Source of the DNA: a virus
Taxonomy: Duplodnaviria; Caudoviricetes
IMG/VR virus record: IMGVR_UViG_3300012953_000012
Location: 32,001-96,000 of that record
Reading direction: 5' to 3' (one strand)
Length of the DNA: 64,000 nt
The notes below the pieces were generated by a model, which was not told where the DNA came from, made no database searches, and saw only the letters and a program-made list of their open reading frames with translations. Of the stretch, positions 55,199-62,931 are shown one piece after another (within the stretch, counting starts at the first letter, position 1; every line of letters starts with the position of its first letter). The position numbers and the translations under genes were made by a program.

Positions 55199-56090
55199 CT
55201 CGCCACACCGCCGCGACCTCACGGATCATGCGGAGCATCCGGGCGACCAATGCAGGGGTCTCGCCAATCTCAGCAGCGATTTCTGACTTCCGGTAGCCGT
55301 TCACCATCAACCTGGTGCAGAGTGCGGCTACGTTGGGGTCATAGTCCCTCACCCATGCTTCGTGTCGGACCCGGTCGGTCAGACGCTGGGTAGCGGAAGC
55401 CATCTCCGAGAAGTCGTGCTGTCCCGCATCCACGGTCGCCAGATCGGCACAGGACACATCCTCCATGACCCCTTCGACATTCAGCACTCCAAACTGCTCG
55501 TTTCGGCTGAGACGGGAGTACCGGCGTCGGTAGTTGCTCACGATGCAACCGCAGACCATGTGGACGTAGTGGCCGAAGGAAGACTTGCTGGGGTCGAACG
55601 GGCACTTGCCGTTGTTTCGTACCAGCAGCCCTTTGTAGATCTCCTGGAGGACATCCTCGGGGTCGTAGCCGTACTTGATCACCCGCCTACCGTAGCCTGC
55701 GTAAAACAACTTGCGGACCTCGTGGCCCCGCTTCGCCAGGTCGATACCAGGTGCTTTGGCGATACTCAGTGCCGGGCTGGTCCTGATCTTTGGGACCGTC
55801 TTCTCGACGGTGATCTGCGGGCCGAACATCGTCAGGGTGTCCAGCGTCAAGGCAGGTTCAGGGCGTCGATGGCCCCCACGGCGGAAGTACCTGTCGAATG
55901 TGATCTTCGGATCACGGTGGTGGGGACCTGGTCGGGGGTCGCGGTTGACCAGTGCCATGATGGTCTTCCGGGCGCTCGGGTAACGGACGGAACCACTCGG
56001 CCACTGCACCAGAAATCCATTGGGGTCAGCCACAACCGGGTGGCCTCCGTGTTCAGTGCGGGCGTAGTAAGTTCCTTCCGTTCTCAGCAT
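55182..56090 (-). CDS. Phage sigma-70/ECF-like RNA polymerase sigma factor with N-terminal extension
   Basis: Region 2-like DPEDVLQEIYKGLL...FDPSKSSFGHYVHMV...NYRRR; region 4-like GYRKSEIAAEIGETPALVARML. Confidence 0.75.
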   Translation of the reverse strand: MLRTEGTYYARTEHGGHPVVADPNGFLVQWPSGSVRYPSARKTIMALVNRDPRPGPHHRDPKITFDRYFRRGGHRRPEPALTLDTLTMFGPQITVEKTVPKIRTSPALSIAKAPGIDLAKRGHEVRKLFYAGYGRRVIKYGYDPEDVLQEIYKGLLVRNNGKCPFDPSKSSFGHYVHMVCGCIVSNYRRRYSRLSRNEQFGVLNVEGVMEDVSCADLATVDAGQHDFSEMASATQRLTDRVRHEAWVRDYDPNVAALCTRLMVNGYRKSEIAAEIGETPALVARMLRMIREVAAVWRDGACL

Positions 56091-56154
56091 TGGCGATCTC
56101 CAGCGATGTCAAAGGGTGGGGCAAAATCACTCAGGGTGGTTGGTTATCCCACAA

Positions 56155-56183
56155 TACCGACACCAAGTGAAGCGTGACCCCCC
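56155..56183 (-). promoter_or_regulatory. Class II promoter-like motif GGGGGG-N18-CGGTA upstream of the sigma gene
   Basis: 21 nt spacing to TA on minus strand. Confidence 0.65.
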
Positions 56184-56209
56184 ACTATCAAGTCTTGACG
56201 GTGGGGTCG

Positions 56210-56224
56210 AATAGTTGCCCTATA
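56210..56224 (+). promoter_or_regulatory. Class III motif (AATAG-TTGCC-CTATA)
   Basis: Perfect ATAG-N5-CTAT palindrome in a divergent intergenic region. Confidence 0.6.
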
Positions 56225-56329
56225 CGCCCTCTCCCGGAGAGAGGTTTTGCCCACAAAAACCGTTGCACCTTCACCCGAGGGCGTGGCTCTGCGGCGCATC
56301 GACCGAAAACATCAGCCCGGAGCCTTTTC

Positions 56330-57577
56330 ATGCCTGACCCCACTCCGAGTCAGATCCAGCAAGCCCAGTCCAACATCAGCAACCTGATGGACTGGATCAA
56401 CCATCTGCACAACTACGAGCAGGACGTGATCAACGAGGTCTACGACCAACTGACCGTGTCCTCGCAGCACGATCCGGGGCAGGACTTCATCACCGCGATG
56501 ATGGAGGGAACGCTCAAGAGCATCGGGGCACTCCCTTTCCCAGGTGCGGGGGTGATCGCAGGGTTCACCAGCGCCTTCTTCAGCGTCTACTCCAAGACCA
56601 CGCCGCCCAGCCTCAAGGCTCAGTTTGCCTCGGTGTGGGCACGCTTCAACGCGACTTTTCTCCAGGCCAACCAGGACCTGTCGGACATCTACGCCGACGT
56701 AGCGGGGCACTGGAACGACACCTACACCGACCCTTCGGGCACCGAGTACACCATCTCCCAGATGGGGACAGGCGTGATCAGCGTCCCAGCGGACACGGCA
56801 CCTGAGTACCAGACCATGACAGACACGGCTGTGGCTGCGTACCGGGTCAGCCTCACCAGGTCCCAGATCGGAGGCAAGTGGAAGGTCCTTCAAGACACCT
56901 GCGGCATGAACATGCCTGGCTGGGACGACACGGACGCGAAGAACTGGATCCCAGGCTTCGTGAAGGACCACCCCGCCTTCTACATCCGCTACAGCAGCAT
57001 CCCCGGTGCGTGTTGCACCCCAGGGTCCGAGCAGGTCTACGAGGACCTCATCGGGCAGAGCCAACCCAACGTCTTCAATGACGGAAGCCCTGCCCCTGCC
57101 TCCTTGATGGACTGGCTCTGCAAGACGGACCAGTTTGGCAACGTCACCAACGCCAATGGCCTGGTGACCCGAGATGAGTTGTTCAACGGATGGGACGGTG
57201 CCCTCAAGACAGAAGGCTACTGCATCCCTTCCCCTGCCCCTCCGGTCCCGGTGGCTGACCCCAGCGAGCAGGACCTACGGGACGCGAAGCGTTGGCACAG
57301 GTTGTTCAAGCGCCACAAGAGACGCCGCCTGGAGTGGGGTGTCGTGAAGCGAGCCTACTCGGACGGTGACTTCTTCCATGCGCTGATGCGTGACCCCAGG
57401 GACGCGCTGGCCGACCACCTGGGAGTACCTTTCCCGGCGGGAGCCACCGTCGAGATCATCCGGGAAGAGCCCGGTCAGTACAAGTTGGTCCTGCCCCTGG
57501 CGGGTATTGACTTCAAGAAGTTCAAGAAGCACAAGAAGGGCTGGCTCCAGCGCCTGTTGGGATGGATAAAGAGATGA
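56330..57577 (+). CDS. Helical giant-virus-like/Cry-like domain fused to a C-terminal NHLP-leader (nitrile hydratase-like) domain
   Basis: IGALPFPGAGVIAGFTSAFF helix; C-terminal RRLEWGVVKRAYSDGDFFHALMRDPRDAL...GVPFPAGATVEIIREEPGQYKLVLP. Confidence 0.6.
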   Translation: MPDPTPSQIQQAQSNISNLMDWINHLHNYEQDVINEVYDQLTVSSQHDPGQDFITAMMEGTLKSIGALPFPGAGVIAGFTSAFFSVYSKTTPPSLKAQFASVWARFNATFLQANQDLSDIYADVAGHWNDTYTDPSGTEYTISQMGTGVISVPADTAPEYQTMTDTAVAAYRVSLTRSQIGGKWKVLQDTCGMNMPGWDDTDAKNWIPGFVKDHPAFYIRYSSIPGACCTPGSEQVYEDLIGQSQPNVFNDGSPAPASLMDWLCKTDQFGNVTNANGLVTRDELFNGWDGALKTEGYCIPSPAPPVPVADPSEQDLRDAKRWHRLFKRHKRRRLEWGVVKRAYSDGDFFHALMRDPRDALADHLGVPFPAGATVEIIREEPGQYKLVLPLAGIDFKKFKKHKKGWLQRLLGWIKR

Positions 57578-58584
57578 AGATTGGAATCTGGCACGAAGCA
57601 ATCGTTGGCAAACCCGCCACGGACGAGGACACCTTCAAGGACTACGCCGGGAAGTACGTCCAGTTCATCAAGGACAACGGCCTCAAGCGAGCCTTCTTCA
57701 TCCTGATGTGCCCAGACACCCCGGCAGGCACCTACGCGAAGCAGGGCTGGCTCCAGAAGTACTGGCTTGAGCAACTGCCTGCCGACTGCGAGGCCGGACT
57801 GGTGATGGACACCGAGGCTCAGTGGCCGTGGCCCGGAGCCGCGAAGACCTTTGATCCCGGCGACACGATGGAGATGGCCTTCCGGTTCGTCGATGCGATG
57901 AACAAGTCGTCGAGTGGCAAGCAGATCACCTGCCTGGCCTTCGACTACGAGAACGTCAACGTCTACTACGGCGCACAAGGCGAGGCGTGGATCGAGAAAC
58001 TGTGGAAGCAGTACTGGCCCAACGTGCCTCTCGACTACGGCTACGCACCGAAGGGTCCGCCTCCCAACGACCAGGGCAACCACTCCTACCCGGAGATCTA
58101 CTGGGTGGGTGAGATGGCTGACTGCGGTTGCACGGGCGACGAAGGCCCCAACTGCCGGTGCCCCAACACCCCCTACTGCAAGTACAACGGCGACCCCGAT
58201 GCTCTGTTGGCAGGGCCTCTGGGCGAGTACATCGAGAACCACAAGGCGTGGCTCTCCCAGGACAACGTGTGGCCCATGTTCAGCCTGGAGTCACTGTCGA
58301 AGCCCGCGTGCATCGCCGCTCCGTACACGTCCCACAACGCTTGTGGGATCATGGACGCTTTCGGCACCTGGTCGAAGGCGGACTTCCTGAAGTTCCTGGA
58401 TGCCGTGGAAGCGAAGTACGGGATCAAGCAGGCCATGATGTACGAGTGGCAGTACGTTCCCGAGAAATGGCTCACTGAGGCTGAGGTCACGGAGTACCAG
58501 GACGCCGAAGAGGTCGGTTTCTGGGGTCTGCTCAAGATGCTGTGGGGCCTGTTCACCGGCTGTTTCAAGAGAGGCAACGGGTGA
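57574..58584 (+). CDS. Putative TIM-barrel glycoside hydrolase-like (GH18-like) protein
   Basis: TCLAFDYE resembles DxDxE; Trp/Tyr/Cys-rich; ATGA overlap. Confidence 0.4.
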   Translation: MKIGIWHEAIVGKPATDEDTFKDYAGKYVQFIKDNGLKRAFFILMCPDTPAGTYAKQGWLQKYWLEQLPADCEAGLVMDTEAQWPWPGAAKTFDPGDTMEMAFRFVDAMNKSSSGKQITCLAFDYENVNVYYGAQGEAWIEKLWKQYWPNVPLDYGYAPKGPPPNDQGNHSYPEIYWVGEMADCGCTGDEGPNCRCPNTPYCKYNGDPDALLAGPLGEYIENHKAWLSQDNVWPMFSLESLSKPACIAAPYTSHNACGIMDAFGTWSKADFLKFLDAVEAKYGIKQAMMYEWQYVPEKWLTEAEVTEYQDAEEVGFWGLLKMLWGLFTGCFKRGNG

Positions 58585-58585
58585 C

Positions 58586-58720
58586 GTGGATGACTTCTGG
58601 GACGCACTGCTGAGAGGGTTGGCTGGAGATAGCAACGACCGAGAGGTCACGAAGTACTTCGTGTGGGCCGGGTCGGTCGTGATCCTCGGCCTCGTAGGGC
58701 TGCTGCTGTACACGTCCTGA
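58586..58720 (+). CDS. Small protein with C-terminal TM helix (44 aa)
   Basis: MDDFWDALL...YFVWAGSVVILGLVGLLLYTS; read manually. Confidence 0.55.
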   Translation: MDDFWDALLRGLAGDSNDREVTKYFVWAGSVVILGLVGLLLYTS

Positions 58721-58721
58721 G

Positions 58722-59486
58722 TCAGACCTGGATCTGACTGCCGCGCTCCTGCTCTCGGATGATGGCGGCCTCGATGCGTGACCAGTCGTCCTTGTGGATG
58801 ATGGTGACGCGGTGGAACATCGGGTAGCCGTTGACGCCACGAGGGAAGGAATCTTCCATGCGGCCCATGATCTCGCCAATGTCATGCCCCCACTCTGCGA
58901 AAACCTCGTCGTGGCGGGCGATCCAGTCCTTGATGGCGGTCTTGCGGGCCTCGACAGCCTCGGCGTGTTGGGGGAGGCTGGCCTTCCACGCTTCGACCGC
59001 AGCGTCGTGCGCCTCGTCAATCTCGTGACGAGTGCGGGTCTCCTCGTCCAGCGCCACCTGCCACGCCATTGAGTCGTCCTCCCATGCACGGATGCGGGCG
59101 TCGTTCGCAGCCTTGATCTCGGCGCGAATCTCGGCGATCTCGTCCTCGGTGATGTCGCCGTACTCGTAGTCGCTGACCGTCTGGTCGGGGACCTTCACCA
59201 GGACGGGCTTCTCGGGAGGGTCACCCACGGGGTCCGGGTAGCCGGGATGGGCAGGCTTGTCGGGCTCGTCGGGCAGCGACTCAGGAGGCTCGGCTGATCC
59301 CAGCACGGCCTCCCGGATTTCTCGCGGAACCTCACAGGCCCCCATCGCCACCGGCAGCATACACATGTTGCGGGTGGTGACGGGGATCTCCTGGCTGAAC
59401 ATGACCTTGCACGCGAGACGGTCCAGGACGATCTCGCGCATCTCGTCCCCGGTCAGTCGAGGGATGGGCATCCGAAGTTTGGTCAT
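58722..59486 (-). CDS. Hypothetical protein with acidic coiled-coil insert
   Basis: C-terminal PRGVNGYPMF phage motif; start ATG 59486. Confidence 0.65.
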   Translation of the reverse strand: MTKLRMPIPRLTGDEMREIVLDRLACKVMFSQEIPVTTRNMCMLPVAMGACEVPREIREAVLGSAEPPESLPDEPDKPAHPGYPDPVGDPPEKPVLVKVPDQTVSDYEYGDITEDEIAEIRAEIKAANDARIRAWEDDSMAWQVALDEETRTRHEIDEAHDAAVEAWKASLPQHAEAVEARKTAIKDWIARHDEVFAEWGHDIGEIMGRMEDSFPRGVNGYPMFHRVTIIHKDDWSRIEAAIIREQERGSQIQV

Positions 59487-60232
59487 GGGGCCACCACCTC
59501 TACGCCAGTGCGGTCTGCGGCGACCGTGCGAAGGCGCTCTGCTTGATCCCGGAAGGTCGAGGCCATCCGACGCAACTCGGGAGGGAGTGTGTCGTACTGA
59601 GCCAGGAGCGGGGCCGCACCAGCAGGCATGAACGCGGCAAGATCGACCTCGTCGCCCATGAGCCACTTCATCAGGCCCTGGTACTTGCCCTGGCAGATCC
59701 GGTAGTTCATCAGGGTGATGCAGGGGTCCGACGCCATGAGGGCCATGCTCGGGTTCCCCTTCGGGTCCACGAACGAGACACGGGTGACGGCTTCGGGCGG
59801 GATCACGCCCCCGTGGGCGCAGTTGCCCAACCCCTCGATGCTGTCTTCCCAGTGGTGCCCGAACCGCCACAGGTTCTCGCGGAACCATGCCGTGCGGATC
59901 GCCATCGGAGCCCCGTTGACGCCCCATTCCTCGGGGAGATCTTGTCCACGGGTGACCTGCTCCAGCCAGTCCTCGTCGGGGTACAGGTGGTCACACCCGG
60001 TCCCGTCGTCGGGCAAGAGGTCGGTGTCGATCTCGATGATCGCCCACCGCTCACCGTCCAGGGTCGCGTTCATGGCGAAGTACCCGGCGTATGCCGTGGT
60101 GAGGTAGACGTAGTGTTCGCTGGAAGGGTGGTCCTCCCAGGTGCTCTCGACCCCCGACTCAAAGCGGGGGGACAGTCCTTCGGTCATGGCGAGCCTTGCG
60201 ACCCGCTCCGATGTTCCGTGGTAAAGTTTCAT
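59483..60232 (-). CDS. ADP-ribosyltransferase-fold protein (Tpt1/KptA NAD-lobe or DarT-like)
   Basis: MKLYHGTS...GLSPR...YVYLT...AIIEIDT...VIPPEAV. Confidence 0.7.
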   Translation of the reverse strand: MKLYHGTSERVARLAMTEGLSPRFESGVESTWEDHPSSEHYVYLTTAYAGYFAMNATLDGERWAIIEIDTDLLPDDGTGCDHLYPDEDWLEQVTRGQDLPEEWGVNGAPMAIRTAWFRENLWRFGHHWEDSIEGLGNCAHGGVIPPEAVTRVSFVDPKGNPSMALMASDPCITLMNYRICQGKYQGLMKWLMGDEVDLAAFMPAGAAPLLAQYDTLPPELRRMASTFRDQAERLRTVAADRTGVEVVAP

Positions 60233-60744
60233 CAGATCAACTCCATGGCGTGTTCACGAAGACCGTGAGGTAGAGCGTCCCGGTTGTCCTCGATGGCCGA
60301 GGCTTCAAGCAACCGGATGCTGTCGTCGGGGCGGCTGGTGAGCCACGACTTCACGGTCTCGACCCGCTCAAGGTCCGGCTCCATCAAGTCCTCGTCCGAG
60401 AGGTCAACCTTCCCTCCGAGTCGAGCGGCAAGATTGTGCAGGAGCCACCACTGGACCCACCAGTCGAAGGTGCCGCAGAAGACCCCAAGGTCCATGCTGT
60501 TCCCACCCCACAGGGTCGGTTCATAGCCCCACTCCCACAGGATCATGCAGAAGCGGTCCTCCGACCAACCGGGAGGGGGGGACGTGTAGGTGATCCCCAC
60601 ACCCCACTCGCCGTTCTCGGCTCGGAAGCATTGAACAAAGAAGACGCCGGGGAACTTGCGAGCGATCAGATCCGAGACAGCACCAGCCACCTCATGCGTT
60701 CTCGCCTTCACAGGCGTGCGGATTCCGTATGTGTTTCCCATCAC
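60232..60744 (-). CDS. Hypothetical protein (Trp-rich)
   Basis: Coupled operon. Confidence 0.6.
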   Translation of the reverse strand: MMGNTYGIRTPVKARTHEVAGAVSDLIARKFPGVFFVQCFRAENGEWGVGITYTSPPPGWSEDRFCMILWEWGYEPTLWGGNSMDLGVFCGTFDWWVQWWLLHNLAARLGGKVDLSDEDLMEPDLERVETVKSWLTSRPDDSIRLLEASAIEDNRDALPHGLREHAMELI

Positions 60745-60956
60745 GCACCCCCTTCGGCGACAGGAGCCATCTCAGATACATGCACAGACGAGATCCCTGC
60801 GACCGGAGAGCCGGAGGGGAAGCGAACGCTGTAGCAATCTCGGTGGCTTGGGTAGCGGTTACCGTCAATCACTTTCGTGACGACCCCGGCGACATCCAAC
60901 CCGAGTACGTCGGAGACAATGACTCTGTCTCCGACCTTGTACTTCTTTTCAGGCAT
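60741..60956 (-). CDS. Small SH3/KOW-like protein
   Basis: KYKVGDRVIV...GVVTKV...YSVRF. Confidence 0.65.
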   Translation of the reverse strand: MPEKKYKVGDRVIVSDVLGLDVAGVVTKVIDGNRYPSHRDCYSVRFPSGSPVAGISSVHVSEMAPVAEGGA

Positions 60957-61564
60957 TACTCACCCCCTTCCGTGACAGCGTTGGCCAGGGCGGGGCCACT
61001 TTCCGTGACAGCGGAGACTTGAGCGATCCACTCGCGGCGGCGCTTGGTCAGGTTGCGGTAGTGGTCCGTGGCCATGAGGGCTTCGTCGTGATCCCAGCGG
61101 ACCCACGCCTTGTAGAGCCAGATGCGGGACACCCACCAGCCATCGGTTCGGTCCTCCAGCGGCTGGCGGCGGATCTCGTCAACCCACTCGTCCTTGGCGG
61201 CTTCAAGGGGCAAGCCCAGCCGATGCCATGCGGTGATGACGGTGAAAAGGAGGCCAGCGAGCAGCCCGTAGAGCGCCCACAGGCCGATCATGTAGATGAA
61301 GTCCGCCGCCTGGACGACGAACATGCCGCGCCAGCCCTTCTCGCGGATGGCGTTGACCTCGTACTTGATGATCTTGTACGAGAGGGCGATCACGATGTAG
61401 CCCCAGAGTACAGGTCGGCAGTACGTCTCCCAGATGCCAGCGGCGATAGGGGAGTTGGCCAACAGGTGGAACGATGCGCCGAACACCAGCGCGTAGAGGG
61501 GGACCTTCCACGCGGCCTCAATCAGGAGGCCACGGATGGTGGGTTCTTGTTTGGAGTCAGACAC
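60956..61564 (-). CDS. Membrane protein (about 3 TM)
   Basis: Hydrophobic segments; GGAG SD before GTG. Confidence 0.65.
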   Translation of the reverse strand: MSDSKQEPTIRGLLIEAAWKVPLYALVFGASFHLLANSPIAAGIWETYCRPVLWGYIVIALSYKIIKYEVNAIREKGWRGMFVVQAADFIYMIGLWALYGLLAGLLFTVITAWHRLGLPLEAAKDEWVDEIRRQPLEDRTDGWWVSRIWLYKAWVRWDHDEALMATDHYRNLTKRRREWIAQVSAVTESGPALANAVTEGGE

Positions 61565-61697
61565 TTTGGTCTCCAGCAGAGGGGCGAGGGGAGCGGGTGA
61601 GGACAGAGCGGAGCCACACCCCGACGAGCGGGGTGTGGGCCAGGATCACGGCGAGTGCAGCCCACTCGCCGTGGCAGTTGGTCAGGTGCATGTGCAT
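61557..61697 (-). CDS. Small hydrophobic protein, 46 aa (MHMHLTNCHGEWAALAVIL...)
   Basis: TGATG overlap with upstream gene; read manually. Confidence 0.55.
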   Translation of the reverse strand: MHMHLTNCHGEWAALAVILAHTPLVGVWLRSVLTRSPRPSAGDQSV

Positions 61698-62110
61698 CAC
61701 AGATCCCACAGTTCGTTGAAGGTGGGCTGACGACCCAACTCCGCGAGTAGGCGGCGCTTTTCAGCGTTGAGCCGACGCGCAGCAGCACGGACCTGGGAAG
61801 CGGAACGCTCGCCATCCCACGACAGGTTTTCGGGGGACAGGCGGGACTCGACCCGGCGCAGGTCCTGGATGATGAGGACATCGGGGCGCTTCGCCTTCGG
61901 GGCGGGAGCCGCGCCGTTGGCAGGGCGGACCAGGGACGGGTGGACACGCCACTTCGTTCCGGCCTTGCGGATGCGGGACTGACCTCGCTCACCCATCTGC
62001 TCGATGCTGATGGACTTGCGGTTGACACGCTTGACGATGCCTCGGGTCTGCTCGCCGTTGGGGCGACCGAAGATCACTTCGTCGCCAATGTTGAAAGAGG
62101 GGGTGGACAT
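61697..62110 (-). CDS. SH3-like N-terminus plus LSPENLSWDGE phage domain
   Basis: FNIGDEVIF...GIVKRVNRKSISI; first gene after P6. Confidence 0.7.
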   Translation of the reverse strand: MSTPSFNIGDEVIFGRPNGEQTRGIVKRVNRKSISIEQMGERGQSRIRKAGTKWRVHPSLVRPANGAAPAPKAKRPDVLIIQDLRRVESRLSPENLSWDGERSASQVRAAARRLNAEKRRLLAELGRQPTFNELWDL

Positions 62111-62150
62111 GGGACTCTCCAGGGTTGGCCGCTCAGTGCGGCACACGGGT

Positions 62151-62186
62151 TCACCTACTTACGGAAGCAGCCGCAGGTTTTAACGG
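62151..62186 (-). promoter_or_regulatory. Class I promoter-like repeat P6 (leftward)
   Basis: CCGTTAAAA-CCTGCGG-CTGCTTCCGTAAGTAGGTGA. Confidence 0.85.
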
Positions 62187-62218
62187 GCAGGGCTGGACTT
62201 TCTTTTTTTCGGAGGTGC

Positions 62219-62254
62219 CCGTTAAAAGTGCCCCCCGCTTCCGTAAGTAGGTGA
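62219..62254 (+). promoter_or_regulatory. Class I promoter-like repeat P7 (rightward)
   Basis: CCGTTAAAA-GTGCCCC-CCGCTTCCGTAAGTAGGTGA; T-tract between P6 and P7. Confidence 0.85.
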
Positions 62255-62298
62255 ACCCCCTTCCACTCAGTGCCCCACAGGGGCCAACAGGAGATCCC

Positions 62299-62931
62299 GT
62301 GACTACCATTCGACCCTTTGACCGCGCTGCTGACCACGTCGCCGCTACCGCTCGTCGCCTTCCAGCGAACTTCGGCTGGCGGCGTGTGACCGTTTCCCTG
62401 GAGGACCGCGAAGCCGTGGTCCGCTTCATGGCCAACGCCGTCACCTGGCGCGAACTCAACTCGTGGCAGGGTGAGCGGGTCGGCAACGACGCTGCCCCCT
62501 GGCACATGGTCCAGGACGCCGAGCGAGGCTGGCGCGACTTTGGCGACTTCCTCTCCGGGATCGCTTTCCGCGACGTCCTCGGTCGCTGCCTTGAACTGGG
62601 CGGCAGCCAGGGCTGGGCTGACTGTGTGCCCAGTTGCTCCAGGGACGCGACTGCCGAAGAGATCATCGAGGCCACGAAGGCTGCGATCATCGAGGCCAAC
62701 GAAGAGGGCGAGATCGACGAGGACGACCTTGCGGTCCTGTCCCTCCCTCCCGCCGTCCTGGTGGCCGTCCACATTCGGATGGAAGCCCGCTTCATGGAGG
62801 CCATCCGTGAGGACCCCGAGTTGATCATCGACGGCTCCGTGGGGAGCATCCAGCGCGACATCCAGGCCCGTTGGGGTCGGATGCTTGAGTGGCTCACGGC
62901 TTCGGAGGCACAGGAGGCCGTCAGTGCTTGA
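62299..62931 (+). CDS. Acidic hypothetical protein
   Basis: AGGAG SD before GTG 62299. Confidence 0.65.
   Translation: MTTIRPFDRAADHVAATARRLPANFGWRRVTVSLEDREAVVRFMANAVTWRELNSWQGERVGNDAAPWHMVQDAERGWRDFGDFLSGIAFRDVLGRCLELGGSQGWADCVPSCSRDATAEEIIEATKAAIIEANEEGEIDEDDLAVLSLPPAVLVAVHIRMEARFMEAIREDPELIIDGSVGSIQRDIQARWGRMLEWLTASEAQEAVSA

Noticed and set aside
61565-61696. Two strong hairpins suggesting an ncRNA
   Set aside because: The interval is fully occupied by a coupled 46-aa ORF (61557..61697), so the structure may be incidental
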